Below are positions 25,889 through 38,290 of a DNA stretch of 64,000 nucleotides, piece by piece (position 1 is the first letter of the stretch; each line of letters starts with the position of its first letter). A model generated the notes under the pieces. That model was not told the DNA's origin. It saw only the letters and a program-made list of their open reading frames with translations, and searched no databases. Both the position numbers and the translations under genes were made by a program. Origin of the DNA: the human T2T-CHM13v2.0 reference genome, Homo sapiens; assembly GCF_009914755.1 (NCBI RefSeq), contig NC_060928.1; one strand, 5' to 3'.

Positions 25889-26588
25889 GGGCAGTATCGG
25901 TTATCAGTTTCCAATACCAGGGCAGAGATTTTTAATGGGTAGTATTTATATCAGAGTCAGGACGCATTGTTTATATCATAACATTAATCACCCCAGCACA
26001 AAATTACCCCTTGATGATTATCTCCTGATATTTTTTGCATAATTATATGTATTTTTTACTATTCAGAAAATATTTGCTGTAGTACTCTAGCCTCATTTTT
26101 CAAAATGGCAATGTTCCAAGATCATAGTAGCTATGAACTTTTTGAAATACTGTGTAAAGTTTGTGTTTTACTCTGTAGGCTTGTTGTTAAAAACAAGGCA
26201 GCACTAAAATTAAAAAGAAAAACAATACTCTCTTGCTATAAAATACATTGCTTTTAGTTTATTTTGCTTAATTATTTTGGAGATGCTGAAATTATCCTTT
26301 GGCTATCTTTACATTAAGAAAATGGGTGGTCAGTTACTTGTGTCTGCATCCTTCACAGGACCATACATAGATTTCTGTACCCTAAATGTGTTCACTGAGT
26401 GATTGGATTGAATAAACTTAAGTTTGACAGGTTGTGTTTCTCAAATTATTCTTATCTCTTCCTAGGATTAGTGCGAAGGAAAAACAAATTTGTTTGTTGA
26501 TATTAAATCAATGTGTTTTATCAAAATAAACTGGGTTAGTATGTTTTGCTGTGATTATAATCATCTACCAGCCATAAACAAAAACTTA

Positions 26589-26636
26589 GGCTACTCTGTA
26601 GGGTAGCCCTGCTCTGTAAGGAGCAGTTTAAAAAAA
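26589..26636 (+). other. Short ERV1-LTR-like fragment (double hairpin) with A tail
   Basis: GGCTACTCTGTAGGGTAGCCCTGCTCTGTAAGGAGCAG-TTT-A7 in AT-rich unique DNA. Confidence 0.55.
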
Positions 26637-27419
26637 TGCTTATTAGTTACAGGTTCTAATTGAGAAGGGAACAAATAGCCATGAAACATTTTGACATATT
26701 ATACTGCTAATTATCAAATAACCTACACTATGCATTTCAGTTTATCTTCAAGTTTTGAACATTTTTTTGTATTCTCATAACATCAATATTCTTTATTCTT
26801 ATCCAGCAAATCTAAAATGACACATATCTTTATAATGTCTATAATAATTCATTTTAGAATCTATATATAACATCATTCTCTCTTCATTTATATTCAGAAA
26901 TTTTTACAACTCGGGCTGGTATTAGTTTTGACACTCTTTGGCTTCAAAATGCCATTAAACTCTTTAATAATAGACAGGTGGGGTTTATGGATGCCAGTCA
27001 GTCATGTAATGCTGTGAATTTATTACATATGGAACATGCTTCTGTCTTATTTTAAAGGGTATGTAGGTTTAGTTCTGTGTGTTTGCATTCATTAACATGT
27101 TGTAGAGAAAAGCAAATCATCACCATAATCCATTTTTGACATTTTTATCACATTTAACCTCATAGATTTTGATTTATACACTTTTCAAGTATAGAATGCT
27201 TGAGGTTACTGAACCAAAACCATTTATGATGTTTGTATGCTATTTGGACTAGTTACTGTTTTATTGACACTTACGAAATAATATTAGAACAGCTATAAAT
27301 CTAACTCAGACCTTGTATGGTAATATTCTGCCTTGGAGATTTTGTCTTTCTGTTGATGTCAGAGACAAAAATAAATTGTAAATAAAAGTGAATTAAAATG
27401 TATTAATACATATCAGCTG

Positions 27420-29700
27420 ACTCTACATAAATCAAAACCTTGTCGCCAACCTCACATCCCCAAATAAGAAGACCAAGAAGACATAGCCATTGAAGAAACA
27501 TGAGGAGATAGATGTGAGAGTAATCCTTATTGGCTGAAAACTGTGGGTGAATGTGGCAAAACTGCATATGGATATAAGATCACCAGAAAGAAAGAGACTA
27601 CATAGGCCTAACAAGAAATATTCAGCAAATGGTTCTTTCAGAGTTTCACCCTCAGGAATAAAACACTGCTTACAGAAACCAAATTGTACCCATAGAAATA
27701 CGGAGGGTAATAGAGAAAAGAGCTTCAGGTAGCTAATATGGAGGGGCTTGAAAGACTTAGATTCCATCTTGAAATTTTCAAATGTTCTTAATCAGATTTG
27801 ACTTTGAGGGAGAGTAGTTATATAGAGGGGTCATATTTAGAGTGCTTTCTGGGTAGCAGAGTAGCAACAGTTTTCAAACTATGAAACCAGAAACTGCGAT
27901 AGCACATAAGAATGTTCACTAACAAGCCTAAAAAATCTTTCAGGTTAATCCATGGAAAGCAAAGAATACAATCTAACCCACTTAAAATTAATATTTTGAA
28001 AAGACAAAAATGAACTAAGTAACATTCCAATAGAAAATGAGGATACGCCAGAAAATGAGGACACACAAAATAAGGAAATGATAGGTTAATGTTTCCAGCA
28101 ACCTCAGAAAAGAGCACTTAGAATTAAAAATGAAAATATTACAAGTGGTACAGCCAGTCAGAATTCACATGTCTCTCATATCTGGAGTGATAAATTGGAC
28201 AAAACTTAGTAGGCTAACAGAAGATCTGAAAATGTTTACTTTATTAGTAAATCTATGCAAAATACTAAAACCACAATAAAAATATACCTACTTTTGAAGT
28301 GCTACTGTGCATTTAGAAAACCTAATCACATATTAAGTCACAAATGCAACTTTAATTTTTAAAGAAGATAGAACAACCTTTTCTTAATGCAGTAGAGTAA
28401 GAATAGATGTTAATGGCAACAACAATGGAAAAAAAACTCTTCAACAGAAAAAAATACTTCAATTCCTATTAAAAATCCCTTGGTCAAAGTGGAAATAAAA
28501 AATAAAATTGCATCATTTGTACAAAACCACATGAAAGATCAAACCTATCAGCATCTATGTGATACAGTTAAAGTGATGCTACTAACACTGAGTGGATCTA
28601 TTTCAGCTTCCTGTTCATTACCCTTGTCTGTCTTAGCTATTGCCATATCTGCAGTGGGAAAGGAAAGCACCTAGCATGCAATAAGCCGCCAATGAACATC
28701 GCTGAGTTCTCAATTATTTATTTAATACAGAGCAGAAGCAGAGATACCATGAAAAAATACTGCAGAATAATAATAATGATGGGAGAACATACCTGTCAAA
28801 CAGTAAAACCTCCTGTAAAGTCACTTTAATCGCAATACTGTATTTCTCTGATGAACAAATTTATGTGAAAAATACATATACGATAATGTTGATATTTTGA
28901 TGCATTTTAATATGATCTGGGAGAAAATACATGTGTTTCCCCACATTAATGCACATAGAAATAATAATTCCAGATGCAATAATAATAAAAATTAAATAAG
29001 AAAATAAAAAATGTAACATTAAAGAGTATATTTTTATAAATTTGGAGTAACATTTCCTAAAAAATAGTAAAAATTGTGAAAGTCAAAAATGAAAATTAGA
29101 TGTATATTTGTTACATTAAAAAATTTAAAGTGAAAAAACCAAACACATACAAAGAACAATGAATAAACATATCTGATAAAAAACTGAAAACTCATAAACA
29201 CTGAGATTCCATAAATCAATATAGAAAAAGACAACAGAATACAAATAGTGTTCAAATGTTAAAAGAAAGAAAGGGAAATCCTCAATAACCCATGCATTTG
29301 AGAAGTGATTCCCAAAGGCATAAGTCAAGAAATAAGAAAACAATAATAAACTCTTCATTTGAATTTTGTGGTAAGAGCAGTCTTTCATATCCATACTTGG
29401 TGAAAGAGAATATGTATTTTACTTATCAATAGAGTAGTCAGAAAGGAGCAATTAAAATGAATTATTTGTCCTATCAGTTGCACTCTTTGCTATCTACTTT
29501 TTAGAAATAGAGCATAGGGAAATACTGGCGAGGGAATTTGTTGCAACAACGTTTGCTGTTGAAAAAAATTGTGTTTTCTTCATAAAAGGAAAAAATAATG
29601 AGTTATTAAACAGAATTGGATTTATAGCTAGAAAACAAAAAGTTCATTACTAAGTGAGAATACATTATATGATTTTTACAAAAGCAAAAATAATAAAACT
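27420..29700 (+). mobile_element. Ancient L1M fragments (with a small L2-like piece ~28660-28710)
   Basis: A-rich, L1 ORF2-like phrases (AACCTATCAGCATCTATGTGATACAGTTAAAG, TAATTCCAGATG, AAAGACAACAGAATACAAATAG). Confidence 0.5.
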
Positions 29701-30194
29701 TTTATATTTATATAGTAAGATTTTATTTTCTAGACTTGTTATTGTGTGTTATCTCAAAAATGTTTTCTCCTTGTTGAGAAGGAGAGTAGAAAACAGAATT
29801 TTATAACACATAAGAAACTGTTAGCATTGACACATTCCTATCAAAAACCATATTTCTTCTTCTCTGATTTTATAACAAAAAGAAAAATTTGTCACAATGC
29901 ATAAAAATGTCAAGTAGGAAAGAGAATAAGCTCATAGGCTATGATCTAAATATAGCTCTGCTCTCTCATCAATTTCTCATCTACAACTTCATAACATGAG
30001 GATTTGAGGAGAATGTTGTATTAAAGTTACAATTGGTTATTTAATGCCATGATTTAATAAAATATAATATATTTATTTTTATAGTTCTTCCTACTTTTTC
30101 CCGTATTTGAAATTCAGAAATGTGCAAAAAGTGCATAGTGATTTGAGAAATATTGGGTAAACATCACAACATTAAAATTATATAGAGTATTTGT

Positions 30195-30366
30195 AATAAC
30201 AGTACTACCATTTATGCATGCTTTCAATGGGCCAAGTACTGTAACAGTACTTGATAGGTCTAATCTACTAAATATATACAACTATCCTACAAGATAGACG
30301 TTCATTTTATGTATAAACAAACTGAGGCTTAGGCAAGTAATTTGATCAGAGTTACACAGCAAGTAG
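30195..30366 (-). mobile_element. MIR SINE
   Basis: CATTTTATGTATAAACAAACTGAGGCTTAGGCAAGTAATTTGATCAGAGTTACACAGCAAGTA. Confidence 0.7.
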
Positions 30367-30757
30367 TGTAAAATTACATTTGACTTCATGATGCCTCCAT
30401 ACCTTGGGTTCTTACATAACAAACTGCCACCTAACTTAATATGTAAACAAACTGAAAGACTAATTTTAGGAGTGTCATATTTTATAACAGATAGGTAAGT
30501 CTCAGCAAATCACAGCAGCCAAGCTTCAGCTAATCACAGGCTACATCTAACTGTAACTGATTATAGCAAACATCTAACTGTAACCAATCAAGCTGTTTCT
30601 GTACCTCACTTCTGTTTTCTGTCCATAAATGCTGCCTATATCGTGGATCAGAGCTCTCTGAAACTCTTCAGGATCTGAGGGCTGCCCAATTCACAAATTC
30701 TTCTTTGCTCAATTGAACTCTGTTAAATTTAATTTGTCTAATGTTTTTCTTTTAACA
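30367..30757 (+). mobile_element. Solo ERV1 LTR (MER57 family)
   Basis: TGTAAAATT...CTGTAACCAATCAAGCTGTTTCTGTACCTCACTTCTGTTTTCTG...CTCTGTTAAATTTAATTTGTCTAATGTTTTTCTTTTAACA. Confidence 0.82.
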
Positions 30758-30784
30758 CTAGTAAATTCAGGATTTTATGACAAG

Positions 30785-32650
30785 TTTTTTGTTTTTTTTT
30801 TTTATACTTTAAGTTCTAGGGTACATGTGCACAACGTGCAGGTTTGTTACATACGTATACATGTGCCATGTTGGTGCGCTGCACCCGTTAAATCGTCATT
30901 TACATTAGGTATGTCTCCTAATGCTATCCCTCCCCCATCTCCCCATCACATGACAGGCCCCAGTGTGTGATATTCCCCTTCCTGTGTCCAAGTGTTCTCA
31001 TTGTTCAGTTCCCACCTATGAGTGAGAACATGTGGTGTTTGGTTTTTATGTCCTTGTGATAGTTTGCTGAGAATGATGGTTTCCAGCTTCATCCATGTCC
31101 CTACAAAGGACATGAACTCATCTTTTTTTATGGCTGCATACTATTCCATGGTGTATATGAGCCACATTTTCTTAATCCAGTCTATGGTTCATGGACATTT
31201 GGGTTGGTTCCAAGTCTTTGCTGTTGTGAATAGTGCTGCAATAAACATACGTGTGCATGTGTCTTTAGAGCAGCATGATTTATAATCCTTTGGGTATATA
31301 CCCAGTAATGGGATGGCTGGGTCAAATGGTATTTCTAGTTCTAGATCCTTGAGGGATCACCACACTGACTTCCACAATGGTTGAACTAGTTTACAGTCCC
31401 ACCAACGGTGTAAAAGTGTTTCTGTTTCTCCACATCCTCTCCAGCACCTGTTGTTTCCTGACTTTTTAATGATTGCCATTCTAACTGGTGTGAGATGGTA
31501 TCTTATTGTGGTTTTGATTTGCATTTCTCTGATGGCCAGTGATGATGAGCATTTTTTCATGTGTCTGTTGGCCACATAAATGTCTTCTTTTGAGAAGTGT
31601 CTGTTCATATCCTTTGCCCACTTTTTGATGGGGTTGTTTGTTTTTTTCTTGTAAGTTTGTTTCAGTTCTTTGTAGATTCTGGATATTAGTCCTTTGTCAG
31701 ATGAGTAAATTCCAACAATTTTCTCCCACTCTGTAGGTTGCCTGTTCACTCTAATGGTAGTTTCTTTTGCTGTGCAGAAGCTCTTTAGTTTAATTAGATG
31801 CCATTTGTCAATTTTGGCTTTTGTTGCCATTGTTTTTGGTGTTTTAGACATGAAATCCTTGCCCATGCCTATGTCGTAAATGGTATTGCCTAGGTGTTCT
31901 TCTGGGGTTTTCGTGGTTTTAGGTCTAACATTTAAGTCTTTATTCCATCTTGAATTAATTTTTGTATAAGGTGTAAGGAAGGGATCCAGTTTCGGCTTTC
32001 TACTTGTGGCTAGCCAGTTTTCCCAGCACCATTTATTAAATAGGGAATAGTTTCCCCATTTCTTGTTTTTGTCAGGTTTGTCAAAGATCAGATGGTTGCA
32101 GATGTGTGGTATTATTTCTGAGGGCTCTGTTCTGTTCCTTTGGTCTATATCTCTGTTTTGGTACCAGTACCATGCTGTTTTGGTTACTTTAGCCTGGTAG
32201 TATAGTGTGAAGTCAGGTAGCGTGATGCCTCCAGTTTTGTTCTTTTGCCTTAGGATTGACTTGGCAATGCGGGTTCTTTTTTGGTTCCATATGAACTTTA
32301 AAGTAGTTTTTTCCAATTCTGTGAAGAAAGTCATTGGTAGCTTCATGGGGATGGCATTGAATCTATAAATTACCTTAGGCAGTTGGCCATTTTCACAATA
32401 TTGAGTCTTCCTATCCATGAGCATGGAATGTTCTTCCTTTGTTTGTGTCCTCTTTTATTTTGTTGAAGAGTGGTTTGTAGTTCTTGAAGAGGTCCTTCAC
32501 ATCCCTTGTAAGTTGGATTCCTAGGTATTTTATTCTCTTTGAAGCAATTTTGGATGGGAGTTCGCTCATGATTTGGCTCTCTGTTTGTCTGTTATTGGTG
32601 TATAAGAATGCTTGTGATTTTTGTACATTGATTTTGTATCCTGAGACTTG
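30785..32650 (-). mobile_element. L1PA element (younger primate subfamily), 5'-truncated, ~1.87 kb
   Basis: Poly-T tail, TATACTTTAAGTTCTAGGGTACATGTGCACAACGTGCAGG 3' UTR, ORF2 C-terminus; no TSD seen. Confidence 0.97.
31357..32424 (-). pseudogene. L1 ORF2p C-terminal fragment (355-aa open frame, non-functional)
   Basis: [12 protein letters not shown]...[13 protein letters not shown]...CWRGCGE.ETLLH.WWDC (Cys-rich domain); no EN or RT core. Confidence 0.95.
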
Positions 32651-33794
32651 CTCCAGGTTCTTATAGGGTAATGTGATAAGGGTCTGATGTCAATGCACAT
32701 GCAAAGTGATTTGCACTGCAAAAGAGGAAGCTTGAGTTTATGCATGCATAAGGTCATGGATGAAGGTATTACTTAGAATTTAAGGAGGATAAATTATTCT
32801 CAGTTCTATGTGACTGAGTAGTGGTGAGGAGATAAGAAAAGGCCTTCTGAATAAATCTGTTTCAATTTATTTCACAGTTGTTTTCAACATATACTCTTCC
32901 TTTCGTTGCCTTCCTAACATTATACAAGTGTAGAGAAATTAATCATTTTTCCTCTGAGGGGCCCATATGGCTCAGAGGCGAAAATCCCAGGAGTAGAGTA
33001 GATAAGACTATCATAGCCCTGGTGATCCCATTTTTCTAGTATTTGATTGAGGAACCATGGCTTAATTCAAACACAATACATGACTTAGCTTATAGGAATA
33101 GTCTTTGTTTCAAGAGTTTGAGTGTAAACTAAATTGACTCAATCAGACTCAAAGGAAAGGCTTCTATTGTATTAGTATGTGACAGCCTCAATCTCTTCTA
33201 TGCAGTTTATGAAAAATGGAAAATATAGTCTATTTTATTGATAACCATATTATCATGACAAGATGAACTAGCTTTAGGACATCACTGTCACTGAGGATAG
33301 CAGGAAGGAGAGAAAGCAAGAATCAGAGTTCTTGATGACATATTGAGTCACTGTCTTTTGACTTGTTATAGGTCAAACTATTCTTATTATCTAATCCAAG
33401 GTAAATTCGATTTACTGGTACTTGCAGTTGGTATGACACTACAGATACAAAATTCGATACAAGAAATTGAGAAGTATAAAACATTATATTTGCCAAGTGG
33501 ATAAAGTAGGATGATGAGTTTCTGCTAAGGACGTTGCATTAGCACCCTTCAAGAGGCATTGCTTTTACAGAGCAAAATGTAAATGGTGTCCCTGGAGTTG
33601 TGTGCTGAGGTGAATGGTTTAACTACTGCTTACTGAATCAGCAAAACCATTATTTTTAACACTATTTTGTATTAGTTAGTCATATGAATTTGTCAGTAAT
33701 ATTTCACTTATGTTGTGCCAGAGGTTTCCTTAAGGGCAAATTAAATTCGTTACAATTAACCAATTATCAAACAAATATAAAAGCATATCCTTTG

Positions 33795-34235
33795 CGGTAT
33801 TAGTTTTCTATTGGTGCCGTAAGAAATACATCACAAACTTAGTGGCTTAAATTTATTATATTACCATTCTGGAGGTCAGAAGTCCAAAATGAGTTTTAAG
33901 AAGCTCATCTCAAACTGTTGGTAGGGCTGGTTCATTCTGGAGGAGAATCTGTCCTTTGACTCTTCCAGCTTCTAGAAGAGTGCATTGTTTGGCTTCTGGC
34001 CCCATTACTGTAATCTCTACTTCCACTGTCGCATTACCTTCTCCTTCATTTGACCAAGGTCGCTTGTGCTTACATTTAGGTCCCCCTGGTATAACCCAGG
34101 ATAATCTGCTAATCTCAAAACCTGTAATTAGTCACATTTGCAAAATTCCTTTTGCCATGGTAAGGTAACATATTCACAGCTTACAATGATTAAGACAAGG
34201 ACATATTTGGAGGGCCATTATTCAGTGACCATAAC
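33795..34235 (-). mobile_element. MaLR LTR (MLT1 family)
   Basis: TATTAGTTTTCTATTGGTGCCGTAAG...CTGGAGGTCAGAAGTCCAAAAT...GGACATATTTGGAGGGCCATTATTCAG. Confidence 0.82.
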
Positions 34236-35239
34236 TGCATTATGATAAATATCAGTGATGTAACTACTTTATTTCTTAAAGACCTGTATTTTGAAGGAGG
34301 TAACATATTTGTCAAATAGAGCATTACTCTAGCCTACTTATGCTACCAGAATGATCACTGTTTGTTCTTAGAATAAACTCTAAGAATAAAATGACCTTTG
34401 TATCATAGAATCATGCCTTTCTAACTGTTAATAATAGGTATATTTTAAGATCTCATAATCAATCTAAATTTCAACCAAAAATATATAATTTACAGGGGTT
34501 TATTTATAAGATTTAGTCAGATAGAATATGTGCTGCATTTTCCTTATTTTTAATGTACCATAAAATTACTGTCCCAAACTTGAGTGTACAGATTTGCCCA
34601 AAAGGTTGATACCAATTTCCTGGTTTTTTAAAATCAACACTGTCTTCTAATTTCAATTTTCAACAATATTATTGTATTAACCTTATGAACTGATAATATA
34701 GTTAAATATAAAATATGTTCTAAGCAATACCATACTTTGTTTCTAATGTTTTTTTTCTCTTCATTGGTATGTATACTCTGAACACATGATTACTATATAT
34801 GCTGCAATTCTCTCATCATCTGAATAATAAGATGTATATAATATTTACTTAATCATTATTGATTGGCTGTTAGAAAAATTATCATAGTTATAGGAAATAG
34901 CTTAATAATCTTTCCTCTGATTGACTGGAGCTCCTTATGTTGATTCAATTGTACAACAGATTTTACTTCAAGAAATGTGTTTCAATATATAATGGCTTTA
35001 ATTCTCATTTATAACACCTTTGCCCATTAATTCAAATATCTTTCCTGCTTAAAAATATGGTACACAATTGGAATAGACTTTCTGAATCATTAATTGATAA
35101 ATCTGTGCATTGTCTATATTGTGGCTTCCATTCATCTTAATTTACATAACTCTATTTTAAGTCCCCAAATCATAATGCTATTTCTTTCATTTCATTTCCA
35201 ATAAGCAAGTTGTATTATACATTATTTTCTATTATATGT

Positions 35240-35590
35240 CATGATGGTTAATTGTAATATGTCAACCTGACTAAGCCACAGAGTGTCCAGATACTTTTTA
35301 AAACATTATCCTGGGTATGTCTGTGAATGTGTGTCCGGATGAGATTAACATTTAAGTTGGCAGACTGAACAAAGCACATTGCCTTCTCTAAATTGTTCAG
35401 TTCTCATACAGTCTCTTGAAGACCTCAATAGAACAGAAGGCTGAGCCAGAAAGTACTCACTCTCTCTGATGATCTTCAAGCTGGGACATTGATCTCCTGC
35501 TTTTGGACAGGAGATCTCACACTTGGCTCTCCTGGTTTTCAAGACTTTAGGCTGCAGATCTTGGAACTTGTCAGACTTTGTAACCATGTT
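35240..35590 (+). mobile_element. ERV-L LTR (MLT2 family), partial
   Basis: TGATGGTTAATTGTAATATGTCAACCTGACT...GATGAGATTAACATTTAAGTTGGCAGACTGAACAAAGCA. Confidence 0.85.
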
Positions 35591-36046
35591 TTTTATGTTG
35601 TTTACAAGTTACTAAATACAACTTAAAAAAGAAAGACATAGTTATTTCTAAGAGCTGTTCACTAGGAACAAAATGGTAGAAATACCTCAAAGCAGAGAAC
35701 TGGTTGGAGTGAATGAAACAGCAGCATATGTTATAAATTATTCATCTTAATTATTTCTAATGAAACAAATGTAGATGTAATCTACCATTTATATTTTGTA
35801 AGAATGATCATTCTATCTGTGAAAGAAGTTTAACTTATTTGAAATTCTCAAGGAAGTAGTATTATATTTATATTATGTCTACACTTAAAATATTATAAGT
35901 GAGTAAATTATCTTGACTTGCTGATGCTTTAATGTACCATGAATCTCAATACAGAGTATAACTAAATCTTTACAGTAGTTGATTCTGGGAAAACCATTAT
36001 TAGGGGACTTTTACTTTTTAGAATCTACTTTTAAAGTCTTGGGAGT

Positions 36047-36440
36047 ATTGGTTTAGACTAAATGGTGTTTCCTCAAATTTATATTTTGAAACTTTAACCC
36101 CGAATGTAACTGTATTTGGATATATGGCCCTTAAAGTGGTAATTAAGGTTAAACTAGTTATGCCGATGGAGACCTAATTTAATAGGACTAGTTTCTTTAT
36201 AAGAAGATAAAAGGATATCAGAGAGTTTTCTGTGCTTGCACACACGAAAATCCCGCATGAAGACACGATGAGAAAATGGTCATGTACAGGCAGGCCACGA
36301 AAAGACGCCTTACTGGAAATGAACTCTGAGGGCACCTTGACCTTGGACATCTAGCTTCCAGACTATGAGAAAACAAATTTCTGTTGTTTAAGCCACCCAG
36401 ACTGTAGTATTTTGTTATTGTAGCCCAAACAAAGTAATAA
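36047..36440 (+). mobile_element. MaLR LTR (MLT1A/B-like)
   Basis: AATGTAACTGTATTTGGA...GCACCTTGACCTTGGACATCTAGCTTCCAGACTATGAGAAAACAAATTTCTGTTGTTTAAGCCACCCAG. Confidence 0.85.
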
Positions 36441-36707
36441 AGATTACATTTCATTAAACATAATCTGAAAGTTGACTCCAAGATCTAGTAAGTAAAAGTG
36501 TTGCAGTCAAATCAACTCAGGTGTGAAAATCTCTGACATTAGTTTTTAACATAGCCCTAACAGGAAGCTTAATATTTTGTATTTCTATGTAATTCCCCCT
36601 TTATTTTAGCAAAAGCTCTCATTTTCATATTACGAAATATAAATTAGCCAAATTAAGTTAAATTCAGAGATTTCCAGTCCTTAATGTGTTCACTTAGCTT
36701 GTACTAT

Positions 36708-36850
36708 GGAACTTATCCAGGTTCCCATAAACAAGGCTGCAATCTGCACCAGTATCCACTAGGGCCATCACCCACTGTACATTGGTGAGGGATCGGTGGA
36801 TTGCTAATTCCACATCTGGCCTCTGGTCATCCAATGTCCCCCCAAGACAG
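36708..36850 (-). pseudogene. pro: Retroviral aspartic protease N-terminal fragment
   Basis: Minus-strand translation DDQRPDVELAIHRSLTNVQWVMALVDTGADCSLVYGNLDKF; DTG codons at 36748-36756. Confidence 0.88.
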
Positions 36851-36859
36851 GCACCTCTT

Positions 36860-38260
36860 CCAGTTCCCTACTCAAACAGAAAAAGCTCTACATTTCCACC
36901 TGGCTGCAGCAAGCAGTCTTTGAGCTGAAATGCCCAGGGGGTACTGGGTTGCGCAGCAATGTCGTTCTTTCCCTTGGGCATTTTCTGGAATTGCAGCTCT
37001 GGAAACAACTGTCTCCACAAAATTAAGAGTACTTCATTAGGCTGCTTATCAATTTTCTGTCAGTCAACCCTGGCCAAAATCAAATCTATCCACATCTGTA
37101 AGCATGTCACTTGTTGGGGCCCCTTTTTCTCCCATGGGGGCACACTTGTGGATGGGGTATCATCCCCTTCTTTATGGTGTGGACCCCTTGGTCCCATTCA
37201 TGGCCTTCTGCTTCCCAGAGAGCCTCCACAGCAGTGGTTACTTCACATATGTGGCACCCTATGCATGAGTAGGACAGCATCTAGTGAGCCAAAGGCACTC
37301 GGGCACAGAACCCAACACAAGATTCCTCGTGTGGGAGGTGAAATGTTCATCATCTGGCCTCCTGGTGTTCAGATCAATCATAGCCTGCCTCATACCCATC
37401 TCCCGGATGGCTTGCACCAAATCTGCATAGAACTGCCATTTACTCATGGTTGCGGGTGTTTCACCAGCGTTGTTCCACACAATCCATATGGCTGCCCATA
37501 GCCACTCATTCAGGGTGTGGTCACCTTTCCTTTGTGTCAACCGCCTGCTCACCTGCAATTGCTGATGGAGAGAGGGGTGAGTTGTGATAGAGGCCAGCTT
37601 TTCCATTTCAGAGGCAGGACAAGAGATATTTATCTGCTCCCTCATCCCACAAAAGAAGCATCCAGGTGGGCAGAAGTTCCCCTGTATGCTGGCAGCACTG
37701 CTTGCCTAATTCCTGCAACTCAGTTGGGGCATAGGCAGTATATGAAGTATGTTGTATTACAGTGTGGGGGTCCCTGAGCCTGCCCTTGGGGCCACAACAG
37801 CTATTGATGATCTACCTTCTGATGGACCATTGGGTGAGCCCGCAATGGGGGTTCATCCTTTTCAGTATTAGACCAAACACAGGTCTCCAGCCAAGAGGAC
37901 GGGCCCAAACCTGCATTCACAGCAGCCTCTAATTCCTTTTCTGAACTATGTTGCCAGGCCTCCAGGCACCCTATCTGTGCCTGGAGAGCCCTTACCATAA
38001 CTGTCTCCCTCAGGGACTGTGTGTGTACTTCTCATAGTGCAGTGAAAAATGCCCATCCAACTCTGCTGGCAAAAGCTCACTCCTTCTCAGTGTTCTGCGC
38101 TTCCAACTGCTTCAGTGCCTTCTCCATGCTCACAAGGGACCCATCTATCACCCCCAGGTTTCCATCGGAGCCCATCTGAGCAGCAGACCTGCCATGGGGT
38201 ACCATAACCCATGTTGTGGCCACATGGCTGACCCGGAATCAGCAGGGACTGAAGGCTCAC
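36860..38260 (-). pseudogene. gag: HERV-S gag, frameshifted
   Basis: Consecutive minus-strand ORF pieces: MWPQHGLWYPMA.., VRALQAQIGCLEA..EKELEAAV.., EMEKLASITTHPSLHQQLQ..WQFYADLVQAIREMGMRQA. Confidence 0.8.
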
Positions 38261-38270
38261 GCATCTCGGG

Positions 38271-38288
38271 ATCTTGTTTGTAACGCCA
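38271..38288 (-). other. Primer-binding site, tRNA-Ser type
   Basis: TGGCGTTACAAACAAGAT, 2 nt after the LTR end; 3 transitions away from TGGCGTCACGAACAGGAT (complement of a tRNA-Ser 3' end). Confidence 0.8.
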
Positions 38289-38290
38289 AT

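Noticed and set aside
26589-26636. U7 snRNA or histone stem-loop pseudogene
   Set aside because: Lacks the U7 Sm site and 5' sequence and the histone GGCYCTTTTCAGRGCC consensus
31357-32424. Longest ORF (355 aa) as a functional CDS
   Set aside because: 5'-truncated L1 ORF2 with a frameshifted N-terminus and no promoter, EN or RT
36959-37777. Plus-strand ORFs of 180 and 86 aa
   Set aside because: Antisense to HERV-S gag, with no recognisable domain
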